A stretch of DNA of 40,000 bases, taken from NCBI RefSeq assembly GCF_000019225.1, contig NC_010995.1:3773957-3813956 (forward strand), written 5' to 3'. The notes beneath the pieces are model-generated. The model saw only the letters and a program-made list of their open reading frames with translations, was not told where the DNA came from and ran no database searches. A program made the position numbers and the translations under genes. This DNA comes from Cellvibrio japonicus Ueda107 (GTDB taxonomy: Bacteria > Pseudomonadota > Gammaproteobacteria > Pseudomonadales > Cellvibrionaceae). Shown in pieces: positions 9,693-16,838 of the stretch (position 1 is the first letter of the stretch; each line of letters starts with the position of its first letter).

Positions 9693-9714
9693 CCGCCAAC
9701 ATCTCAGTTGGCGG
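9693..9714 (-). other. Core-only palindrome CCGCCAAC-N6-GTTGGCGG (mini-attC remnant or terminator)
   Basis: 8-bp perfect stem with AAC/GTT cores. The stop codon of the upstream ORF lies in the loop. Confidence 0.3.
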
Positions 9715-10138
9715 ACATGGTAGTAGTTGGAAGTATTGATTTTTTTAGCTGTTTAGTACGTTTTTTATCCCTAACCCACAGCACCGTGCCATTTGTTTTT
9801 TTCAGCTCAAACAAATCAATGGCCATAAATAAGTCGCTCAATTTTTTGAAGCCATAATTTCGCTGGTCAAAAGACGCATGATTAGAAATATGGGTTCCAA
9901 TAGGCCCCAGCATAGCCCAGCCCTCTTCATCTTCCACCGCCTCAATAGCTTGCCTGAGTAAATTGATTAACTTGGTATCACTCTTAATACTTCGGCTTTG
10001 TTTCTGCACCGGCAGCTCGGTTTCCGGCTCATCATCCAAATAGAGAAAGCGGGAACAACTGTTGACAAAGGCGGTTGGTGCCTTGCGCTCACCAAAACCG
10101 ATAACAAACTTACCATCTGCCAGGGTTCTCGTTACATA
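9704..10138 (-). pseudogene. NYN-LOTUS (OST-HTH) protein remnant, N-terminally truncated or frameshifted
   Basis: The C-terminal part (WAMLGPIGTHISNHASFDQRNYGFKKLSDLF) looks like a LOTUS/OST-HTH domain. The same frame upstream reads DGKFVIGFGERKAPTAFVNSCSRFLYLDD, the end of a NYN domain. There is no in-frame ATG; the track uses an internal TTG. A strong AAGGAG-ATG lies one frame off at about 10137. Confidence 0.5.
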
Positions 10139-10173
10139 TCTCCTTGTAGTTTGACACTACATTAAAGGCTAAG

Positions 10174-10228
10174 AGATAACGAACACTCGCTCCCGTATAC
10201 CGGGGGCGAGCATTCCGTATGGCTAGGC
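10174..10228 (-). other. attC site (55 nt) of the SymE-like cassette
   Basis: On the minus strand: GCCTAGC ... CTCGCCCCCG-GTATA-CGGGAGCGAG ... GTTATCT. Confidence 0.5.
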
Positions 10229-10254
10229 ACCAGGTGGTGATTAAGTCATCAATA

Positions 10255-10440
10255 CTATAGACCAGCCTGGTCACCCGATGAAGCCGACAGGATGATTTGA
10301 CCGGGGTTGATGGTGACTTGCAGTTCTGTGCCAATTGACAAGTTGGCCTGCTCCAGCCAATAGCCTTTGAGAAGGATAAACGGCACAAACCGTGGGCGGG
10401 ACTTTTTGCGGAAGGTCGGGCTGTGGAACTGATAGTCGTA
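10255..10440 (-). pseudogene. SymE-like type I toxin remnant (no start codon)
   Basis: The unlisted frame reads YDYQFHSPTFRKKSRPRFVPFILLKGYWLEQANLSIGTELQVTINPGQIILSASSG. As I recall it, E. coli SymE has ..[35 protein letters not shown]. An in-frame TAA lies immediately upstream and there is no ATG. Confidence 0.4.
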
Positions 10441-10611
10441 TTAAGGTCTTAAGAGTGAGAGCGAGGGGGTATCGAAACAAGGAGCGATTTAGAACAGCAA
10501 TACTGTTTAACTTTGGCGGATTGAATCTTTATCCAAAATCGGTATCCACCTGATTAGGGGAAGGGCCATAAATCAACAGTTTCTTGGTGTTTTTTATGCG
10601 TGGGATTTTAC

Positions 10612-10647
10612 GCCTAATGCTGCGATAAACGGATGGTATTGTTAGGC
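10612..10647 (-). other. Truncated attC (36 nt, cores only) after the PAP2-like cassette
   Basis: GCCTAAC-N22-ATTAGGC. The TAA stop of the ORF lies inside R''. The inner arms are unpaired. Confidence 0.35.
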
Positions 10648-11223
10648 ATTTACAATGTGAACAAGGAATTGAAAAGATATACCTGCAAACAAACCTAAAC
10701 CAGCACCGATAGCTAGATCAAGCCGCGTATGCCGTTCAAGGTGAAATCTTGACCAGCCAACCAAAACAGCAAAAAAAAGAAAAAAGGTAGCCACACTTAC
10801 ATTAGGAAAAATAAGGCAGCTTGCAAGTATTGCGAAGCCAAAATGCAGTGATGGTTTTGCGATTTTGCTTAAAAAATAGCAACACAAAACGATAGCGCCG
10901 GAAAGACCAACGGCAAATACAATACCAGAATGTACGTCAAACAGAAAAAGAACCAAAGTTCCAATAAACAAAAATACACTTGCACTAATGTTAAGTTCTT
11001 TATGTTCGTTTTTTAATGATGCATCTACATGTTCCCATTGCCCGGTTCTTGTTTTAACTTGAGAATATGTGAAAACAAAAATTGCAAAGAAAATAGCGAC
11101 TATAACTGCCAGTAACTGAACCCTATGATTATCGATGGAATTTGCCGCTATTGCTGCGGCAATTGGCATTAGCAACGCAGGATGCCCCACGATTGAAATA
11201 AAACGAGCGATGCTGGTTATCAT
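10642..11223 (-). CDS. PAP2-superfamily-like integral membrane protein (cassette)
   Basis: Start MITSIARFISIVGHP at 11223, just after the attC R'. The track start at 11283 lies inside the attC. Multiple TM helices. PSLH (PSGH-like) and SRFHLERHTRLD (SRx5Hx3D) acid-phosphatase motifs. Confidence 0.65.
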   Translation of the reverse strand: MITSIARFISIVGHPALLMPIAAAIAANSIDNHRVQLLAVIVAIFFAIFVFTYSQVKTRTGQWEHVDASLKNEHKELNISASVFLFIGTLVLFLFDVHSGIVFAVGLSGAIVLCCYFLSKIAKPSLHFGFAILASCLIFPNVSVATFFLFFAVLVGWSRFHLERHTRLDLAIGAGLGLFAGISFQFLVHIVNA

Positions 11224-11228
11224 TTTAT

Positions 11229-11321
11229 GCCTAATGCCCGGCTTTGGGGCGGGCTTGTAGCCGCAGAGCGGCGGAAAGGCCATCCCAGCCCTGAAGGGGC
11301 GACAACAGCCGATTGTTATAT
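11229..11321 (-). other. attC site of the ccdAB cassette
   Basis: On the minus strand: ATATAAC-AAT-CGGCTGTTG ... CAAAGCCGGGC-ATTAGGC. The R'' arm has one extra G relative to the partner arm. Confidence 0.6.
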
Positions 11322-11324
11322 GCC

Positions 11325-11361
11325 TTGCCTCTTACGCCATATGCGCATATTGTATGCGCAT
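11325..11361 (+). promoter_or_regulatory. ccdAB promoter/operator candidate
   Basis: TTGCCT-17 nt-TATTGT. It overlaps the perfect palindrome ATATGCGCATAT (11339..11350) and a second TATGCGCAT (11353..11361). Confidence 0.45.
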
Positions 11362-11382
11362 TGTCCGCATAGAGGAACGACT

Positions 11383-11628
11383 ATGAACCACGCATACAAC
11401 TCCCAAGCCCCTAAAAAACCTACTAATGTCAGTATAAACAGCGACTTACTTGAAAAAGCCCGAGCGCTTAATATCAACCTGTCCGCGACACTGGAGCAAG
11501 CATTAGCCGAACAATTGCGAAACGAGCAGCGGGCACAATGGCTGCGCGAGAACGCCGATGCCATTAAGGCCTACAATCAATTTGTTGAATCCAATGGCAC
11601 GTTTAGTGACAGTATAAGGAAGTTCTAA
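11383..11628 (+). CDS. ccdA: CcdA-family antitoxin
   Basis: MNHAYNSQAPKKPTNVSINSDLLEKARALNINLSATLEQALAEQLRNEQRAQWLRENADAIKAYN matches the CcdA family pattern. The TAATG overlap with the next gene is typical. The track ORF has a spurious N-terminal extension across the attC. Confidence 0.85.
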   Translation: MNHAYNSQAPKKPTNVSINSDLLEKARALNINLSATLEQALAEQLRNEQRAQWLRENADAIKAYNQFVESNGTFSDSIRKF

Positions 11629-11945
11629 TGGCACAGTTTTTTGCATATAAGAACTCCAATCCCGGTACGCGAAAACAATACCCCTACTTGTTGGATATTC
11701 AAAGCGACTTGCTGAGCGAGCTGAAAACGACTGTTATCATACCGCTCTCTCCTGCCAAAATTGCGGCCCCTATGAGCCTGACAAGACTAAACCCGTCTTT
11801 CACTCTCGATGGCGAGACGTTTATCGCAATAACCCAAGACATTGCCGGGATTGATCGCAGCCAGCTTAGCGCTCAAGCTTATGATCTATCAGCATATCGC
11901 CCTGAAATTATTGCCGCAGTCGATTTTGTACTCTCTGGCATATAA
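11628..11945 (+). CDS. ccdB: CcdB-family toxin
   Basis: MAQFFAYKNSNPGTRKQYPYLLDIQSDLLSELKTTVIIPL ... is a CcdB-like sequence of 105 aa, coupled to ccdA. Confidence 0.85.
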   Translation: MAQFFAYKNSNPGTRKQYPYLLDIQSDLLSELKTTVIIPLSPAKIAAPMSLTRLNPSFTLDGETFIAITQDIAGIDRSQLSAQAYDLSAYRPEIIAAVDFVLSGI

Positions 11946-12517
11946 CGCCGCATTGCATGCGCTTTTGCTATTTTTTGCCTTATTTCAGTTGCAAGTTCTT
12001 GGGCTTCACGCATAGTTGATTGGACCAAATCCCAATTAGCCCAATGCTGTTTCCATTTTTCCTTACCTACTACAGATTCAAAATCTATCAAAGTTGGCTC
12101 ACCCCAATTTTCATAATTCTCCAACCGCCGGATACGCTTATCAATATCCTTAATCCCACGGGTTTTTGGTGATAGTTTTGCATTGCTTTGCATCCAAGCT
12201 TTCCAAGGCTTGTTACCTTTGGATTGATTACACTTTCCGCAAGAAGGCACAAGATTGTAAATTTCTGAAATATATCCTGTTGGAAGTTTATTGATTACCA
12301 ATGGACGTAAATGATCCCATTCTGATGCCGCTGCTCCACAGTATGCACACTGAAAATCGGCATATCCCATCTCTAAAATTTCTAATGCCTTTTGAACTTG
12401 ATTATCTGTAGGGACAATAATTGGAATAATTGAATTAATAAATGAATTAGTAATACTCGAAGATCGACCTGTGATCTTCATCGGTGTTGGCATTCTGAAT
12501 AGTGATAAGTAATTCAT
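11879..12517 (-). CDS. HNH endonuclease (cassette)
   Basis: CAYCG ... EWDHLRP ... NLVPSCGKCNQSKGNK is an HNH/zinc-finger signature. The last 67 nt overlap the convergent ccdB. Confidence 0.8.
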   Translation of the reverse strand: MNYLSLFRMPTPMKITGRSSSITNSFINSIIPIIVPTDNQVQKALEILEMGYADFQCAYCGAAASEWDHLRPLVINKLPTGYISEIYNLVPSCGKCNQSKGNKPWKAWMQSNAKLSPKTRGIKDIDKRIRRLENYENWGEPTLIDFESVVGKEKWKQHWANWDLVQSTMREAQELATEIRQKIAKAHAMRRYMPESTKSTAAIISGRYADRS

Positions 12518-12534
12518 GACTCTAAATTTCTAAC

Positions 12535-14306
12535 GAGCTTGTAGAAAAACGATTTTTAGAGATCGTTATCCAGCAGCTAAAATTGAAATTATTACCTGGC
12601 CAGTATTTAACCACAACCCCTTAACATAATCACCCATTATCCGCAGTCGAATGAATTCGATGTGAATAACTCTGTGGATTAACCCACATTCGCGTAATTC
12701 ATTAACTTTTCGATGTTATGTACCAAACAATATAACTGCCATTGACCTTGCACCTTGCGTTTTCCTCGTAACGAAAATCGATTCAGCTGTTTATTCGCGC
12801 AAATATTGGCGAAAACCGGCTCCACAGTCGACATGCGATGACCGTAAATAGCTTTTCCTTGTTTGCTATCAATCCGACGCTTCATCCAGTCTGTCGCATT
12901 GGCATGAATCGAAAACGTTTTAGATACCTGACGCCCATGACCTTCGCGGCTATCAGCTGACGAAGGATTACGCATGCATTCATACTTGAGGGGACAGTGA
13001 CGACAATCCGTTAGCTTACCCTCAAAATACAATTGCATTCGACCTGGCCCTTGACGGTATTCATGTTTCAGCCACATGTCCTTCCCTGCCGGACACTTAC
13101 AGCTTTTTCGTTGCAGGTCAAAAATAAATTCCGAGGCCGGAATAACGGCTTTTACTCCCTTCACATTATCTTGATGGCGCTTACCATGTTTCTCTTTTTG
13201 ATGGTCAAACATCTTGTCTCTTGAGCGAAATTGATTATCCGGAATATATGCATTGATACCTTCTTCTTTAAGGTACTCATCGTTAGCACCATTGGAAAAC
13301 CCCGTATCTGCCGTAATGATCACATTGGATTTTAGGATGTCGTCGCAGATCCCCATCTTTTGGTAACGCGTCTGTATGCTATGCAGAACAGGCTTTAATG
13401 TGTGATGTTCCTGACTTTCACCAAAAGCCTCGGCATCAACAATAACCTGATGCTTCTTATCAACGGCGGCTACGCCGTTGTAACCCTGGATGGTACCTTT
13501 ACTGGTCGTCATCTTGGCCGACTCATTGTCGGTAATATTGCTCTTCACTTCCTTTGGTTTTTTACCTTGCCCCATCCGTGGGGTTGCTGTCTTTAGGAAC
13601 TTATCTATCCGCTCGAATTCTTTTTTCAGGGTGTCGGTTGCTTTAGCGAGTTGCTGCTTGCGGTCTCGCTCGTTGGGTTTTCGGCCATCCAGTTTTTTGT
13701 GTTCTTTCAAGCAGGTGCGGATTTTGCGGCTGATCTTTTCTCGCTTTTGAGCCAGCTCATCCAAGGTTCCGGAGTGCTCCTTGGCGGCATTAGAAGATAT
13801 CTTGCAACCATCAATGGCAAAGAGTTCATGTCCCAGTAAGCCATGTTGGTCGCACACCAGTATTACTTGTGTAAAAACCGATTCAATCGCATCCGGATAG
13901 CTACTGACAAAGCTGGCAATGCTGGTGAAGTGGGGGACGGAATCGCAGGAGAGGGCTTTGAAAATAATATTGTGCTCGCATTGCCACTGAATGTCGCGGC
14001 TGGAGGTAATGCCCTTGGAGTACGCAAACAAGATAATTTTTAGCAAGATGGCCGGATCGTAAGCTGTACGCCCACCGCCATCGTTGCTGTACTTTTCGTA
14101 GAAAGCCGACAGGTCGATATGGTTGTCGATTAATTTATGAAGGGTAAATTCGAAAGTGCCTGGCTGTAATTGCTCTTCAAAATTAATAACCACCATTGCG
14201 CTTTGGCTATAGCTGTATTTTTTGAAGTTTGGCATGGCGCTACTCCTTGAAACGATACCGAATTTTATCAAAAAATCACTATTTTTAGGAGTTTTTCTAC
14301 AACTTC
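12535..14306 (-). mobile_element. IS element, IS1182-family-like, inserted in an attC core
   Basis: Terminal inverted repeats GAGCTTGTAGAAAAAC (12535..12550) and GTTTTTCTACAACTTC (14291..14306), 14/16 matching. Flanking AAC duplication at 12532..12534 and 14307..14309. One transposase ORF. Confidence 0.75.
12679..14235 (-). CDS. DDE transposase (IS1182/IS5-superfamily type)
   Basis: Start MPNFKKYSYSQS preceded by AAGGAG. N-terminal RTAYDPAILLKIILFAYSKGITSSRDI, a central coiled-coil, Cys clusters, and C-terminal STVEPVFANICANKQLNRFSLRGKRKVQGQWQLYCLVHNIEKL. Confidence 0.85.
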   Translation of the reverse strand: MPNFKKYSYSQSAMVVINFEEQLQPGTFEFTLHKLIDNHIDLSAFYEKYSNDGGGRTAYDPAILLKIILFAYSKGITSSRDIQWQCEHNIIFKALSCDSVPHFTSIASFVSSYPDAIESVFTQVILVCDQHGLLGHELFAIDGCKISSNAAKEHSGTLDELAQKREKISRKIRTCLKEHKKLDGRKPNERDRKQQLAKATDTLKKEFERIDKFLKTATPRMGQGKKPKEVKSNITDNESAKMTTSKGTIQGYNGVAAVDKKHQVIVDAEAFGESQEHHTLKPVLHSIQTRYQKMGICDDILKSNVIITADTGFSNGANDEYLKEEGINAYIPDNQFRSRDKMFDHQKEKHGKRHQDNVKGVKAVIPASEFIFDLQRKSCKCPAGKDMWLKHEYRQGPGRMQLYFEGKLTDCRHCPLKYECMRNPSSADSREGHGRQVSKTFSIHANATDWMKRRIDSKQGKAIYGHRMSTVEPVFANICANKQLNRFSLRGKRKVQGQWQLYCLVHNIEKLMNYANVG

Positions 14307-14416
14307 AACGCCGCGATAAGCGGTGGTTTTTAAGTTGCACTTTTGCCATAAAATGGAGCGAAGCGGAATGGCAAAAGAGCAACTTAAAAACCATCCGTTT
14401 GATTGCTTTGTTAGGC
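14307..14416 (-). other. attC site of the 14411..14830 cassette (R' core split by the IS)
   Basis: On the minus strand: GCCTAAC (the stop TAA lies inside) ... GGTTTTTAAGTTGC.CTTTTGCCAT / ATGGCAAAAG.GCAACTTAAAAACC long stem ... GCGGC-GTT|IS. The rest of R' (GTTAGAA) is at 12528..12534. Confidence 0.65.
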
Positions 14417-14830
14417 ATGGTGTTCGTGGCCAAACCCAATTCTATGCCAAGCTTCTTTAAAATTTGATGTGTCGTATGATGTTGGTTGAAGCCAATATGA
14501 AATAACACCATTTTTTTCGCCACGATGAGCTAAATTTTTAATTTCTTCAGGGAGCATTACAAATACATTTGGCTCTTTACCAACATTATTAATTATTAGC
14601 CAAAAATCACCCATAACTTTTTCAAGAGAGCTACCCAATGGTACGGGATTTCTTTTTGTAAGTGATTTTACTTGAACCCCAATAAACTCAGTTCCTGATT
14701 TGTTATAAGCAATAATGTCTATGCCTCTAGCGTTTCTCGCAGTTGGCATAACGTTCCAACCCATACAGGAAAGCTTATAGCACGCGTAATACATTCCGAT
14801 ATTTCCAGTCACCTGAGTTTCCAGCTTCAT
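14411..14830 (-). CDS. PD-(D/E)xK nuclease-fold protein (Hjc/DUF4365-like), single-gene cassette
   Basis: GNIGMYYACYKLSCMGWNV ... RGIDIIAY ... FIGVQVKS matches the E...D...(Q/E)xK layout of archaeal-Hjc-type nucleases. The ATG lies 8 nt after R' GTTAGGC. Confidence 0.6.
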   Translation of the reverse strand: MKLETQVTGNIGMYYACYKLSCMGWNVMPTARNARGIDIIAYNKSGTEFIGVQVKSLTKRNPVPLGSSLEKVMGDFWLIINNVGKEPNVFVMLPEEIKNLAHRGEKNGVISYWLQPTSYDTSNFKEAWHRIGFGHEHHA

Positions 14831-14837
14831 TACTATT

Positions 14838-14922
14838 GCCTAACGCCGTGCTCAACGGCAGTTTGTAAGTTGTGGTTTTGTGGGTTACTTTTGCGCAGCA
14901 AAACCACAAAGCCGCGAGTCGA
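14838..14922 (-). other. 3' portion of the intron-interrupted attC (cassette 4)
   Basis: Ends in GCACGGC-GTTAGGC (R' at 14838..14844). Contains CTTACAAACTG (14859..14869), complementary to 16781..16791. An inner hairpin TTGTGGTTTTG...CAAAACCACAA is present. The upper limit depends on the unresolved intron 3' end. Confidence 0.4.
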
Positions 14923-14958
14923 GTAGACCAACGGAACCTCCCCCATCAGCCCCTCACA

Positions 14959-14992
14959 GAACCGTACGTGACACTCTCGCGTCATACGGCTC
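14959..14992 (-). ncRNA. Group II intron domain V
   Basis: GAGCCGTATGACGCGAGAGTGTCACGTACGGTTC is a 34-nt hairpin with the catalytic AGC triad and the bulge position typical of DV. Confidence 0.85.
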
Positions 14993-15018
14993 TTGTTATT
15001 CCAACTATCAACAATGTA

Positions 15019-16263
15019 TCACCAGTGCGCAAACAGGGTCGGCCGCCACTGTTTGATTTGCGTTAACCATGAGTAGGCGTTCAGTCGTCGGCTGCGCTTC
15101 TGCGGATATTTACCTTTTACCCATTTTGTTAATCGGCATTCAATCGCTTCTCGAATGCCTTGCAGTGCCGATGGATAAAAAGCGCCGTAGTAGGTAAACC
15201 ACCCTCTGATTTGTGGATTGAGCTTTTTGCTGAGTGTGACTATCGATAGCCTACTCAATCGTCTCACATTCCACTCTCTCATCGTCTTCACAATCGCTTT
15301 CTTGGCTTTGTTGCTGATGGCCGGTACAAAACCCGGAACCAATTTGCCATCTTTGCGTTTCACGGTTCTTCGCCGGAAGGTGAAGCCCAGAAAGTCAAAC
15401 GATTGCGCTTTGGTCCTTTCTATTTTGCGTCGGCCACAGTATACAATTTTGGTTTTCTCAGGGTGCAGTGTTAAATCAAAGCGCTGCATCCTTCGTGAAA
15501 TAGCACTGAGCAGTTGCTCCGCTTCATGCTCTGTTCGACAATGACAAACAATATCGTCGGCATAGCGCTCGAACGGATTTTGTGGAAAATATTTTTGCAT
15601 CCAGCTATCAAACACTTTGTGCAAATAAAGATTCGCCAACAGCGGGCTAATAACTCCCCCCTGTGGCGTTCCTTTTGCAGTCTTGTGCAGCTCACCGCCC
15701 GGCATTTGCACACCGGCCGTGATCCAGCGCTTGATGTACAGCTTGCACCATGGGTCATCCGTTGCTTGTGCAACAAATTTTTGTAATTGATCGTGATTCA
15801 AATTGTCGAAGAAACCTTTGATATCCAGATCAATGACCCATGAATATTTCCAGCAGTTTATTTTCGCCGCTTGCACCGCGTGATGGGCACTCCGCCTGGG
15901 GCGATAGCCAAACGAGGATGCGTGGAATTTGCTATCCCATTCCGGCTCCAGTGTCATCTTGACCACCATTTGCGCCACTCGATCTGCCACCGTGGGTATA
16001 CCCAGTGGACGCAGCTTGCCATCCGCTTTGGCCATTTCAACTCGCTTTACCGGTGGTGCCATGTAGCTGCCTGAACTCATCCGGTTCCAGAGTTTATACA
16101 ACTCATTTTCCAAATTGTGTTCAAACATGTCGATACAGACATTGTCAGCACCCGCAACACCCGCGTTTGCTTTTACTTTCAACCAAGCCGCATACACCAA
16201 CTGCTTCGATATACTGTAACTGTGCACTGATTGTTGAATCCTGCCTTGCGGTTGTTGGTTCAA
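15019..16263 (-). CDS. Group II intron reverse transcriptase/maturase (no endonuclease domain)
   Basis: RT blocks: RPLGIPTVADRVAQ, DLDIKGFFDNLNH, GTPQGGVISPLLANLYL, ERYADDIVCHC (YADD). Maturase X region FLGFTF ... IRGWFTYYG. The protein ends LFAHW. The start codon is uncertain (TTG at 16263). Confidence 0.9.
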   Translation of the reverse strand: MNQQPQGRIQQSVHSYSISKQLVYAAWLKVKANAGVAGADNVCIDMFEHNLENELYKLWNRMSSGSYMAPPVKRVEMAKADGKLRPLGIPTVADRVAQMVVKMTLEPEWDSKFHASSFGYRPRRSAHHAVQAAKINCWKYSWVIDLDIKGFFDNLNHDQLQKFVAQATDDPWCKLYIKRWITAGVQMPGGELHKTAKGTPQGGVISPLLANLYLHKVFDSWMQKYFPQNPFERYADDIVCHCRTEHEAEQLLSAISRRMQRFDLTLHPEKTKIVYCGRRKIERTKAQSFDFLGFTFRRRTVKRKDGKLVPGFVPAISNKAKKAIVKTMREWNVRRLSRLSIVTLSKKLNPQIRGWFTYYGAFYPSALQGIREAIECRLTKWVKGKYPQKRSRRLNAYSWLTQIKQWRPTLFAHW

Positions 16264-16780
16264 TCACTGCTGAATAACATCGCCCCTTCGCTCCATTGTC
16301 ATTACAACAACTTCAACACTACTACGAACGATTCCGCCACTGTGCGCCGCATCGATACTCTCACCTTACGGGGTCACCGCTTTCGGCTTCTCTCTTAACA
16401 TCAGCACGACAGCTTCCCGAGTTCCTCACAAAAGCCTGATAAACGGTCACGCCTTCTTTACGCCGGTTGCCATCGGATCAGTAAGCAGTTTTCTTTCCGG
16501 TTTCTCTCAGCAATTGTAAGGGTCGCTGATTTTGACAACAGTTAGGGACATCACGACGCCTCATCAAAGGTTCACTTGCGTTCGTCTCCGTTTATCGTAC
16601 CTGCCGAATTTTATTCCGACTTTTCTTCAACGCTCACGACAATGACTCTTTATCAATGCCGCTTGAAGTGGTTTGCACTCACTTACTGCAAAGCGAATGC
16701 GGTGGGCCTGCCACCATCTCTTGCGAAGTTACGTAAACAGTTTGGACGCTACGCGACCCCACCATTTACTCTCGGCACAC

Positions 16781-16832
16781 CTTACAAACTGTCCAGCACG
16801 CAAAGCGTGCGAACTAGAACGCCTTGTTAATG
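16781..16832 (-). other. 5' portion of the intron-interrupted attC (cassette 4)
   Basis: R'' CATTAAC (16826..16832) lies 6 nt after the cassette stop. Then the hairpin GCACGC-TTT-GCGTGC (16796..16810), then CAGTTTGTAAG abutting the intron. Confidence 0.45.
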
Positions 16833-16838
16833 ATTTGG

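Larger units (their letters stand above)
14870..16780 (-). mobile_element. Group II intron (En-less RT, class C-like) inserted in an attC site
   Basis: RT/maturase ORF in domain IV. Canonical domain V at 14959..14992. Candidate 5' end GTGTG at 16780. EBS1-like CCTTACAA (16514..16521) complements the 5' exon TTGTAAG. The 3' end is unresolved (about 14923 or about 14870). Confidence 0.8.

Noticed and set aside
10110-10480. Track ORFs 10110..10388 and 10271..10480 (minus).
   Set aside because: They run across an attC site and across cassette boundaries, start at non-ATG codons and have no recognisable content. The SymE-like frame explains the region better.
10505-10647. An alternative long (143-nt) attC running from GCCTAAC to GTTAAAC at 10505..10511.
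   Set aside because: Arm complementarity is poor. The next cassette's R'' (GCCTAGC) matches a start at TTAGGC (10612..10618), not TTAAAC.
15019-16263. The reverse transcriptase as a retron, DGR or defence-associated (UG/DRT) RT.
   Set aside because: It has a maturase X domain. It is followed by a canonical group II domain V and preceded by about 520 nt of structured RNA with an EBS1-like match. This fits a group II intron.
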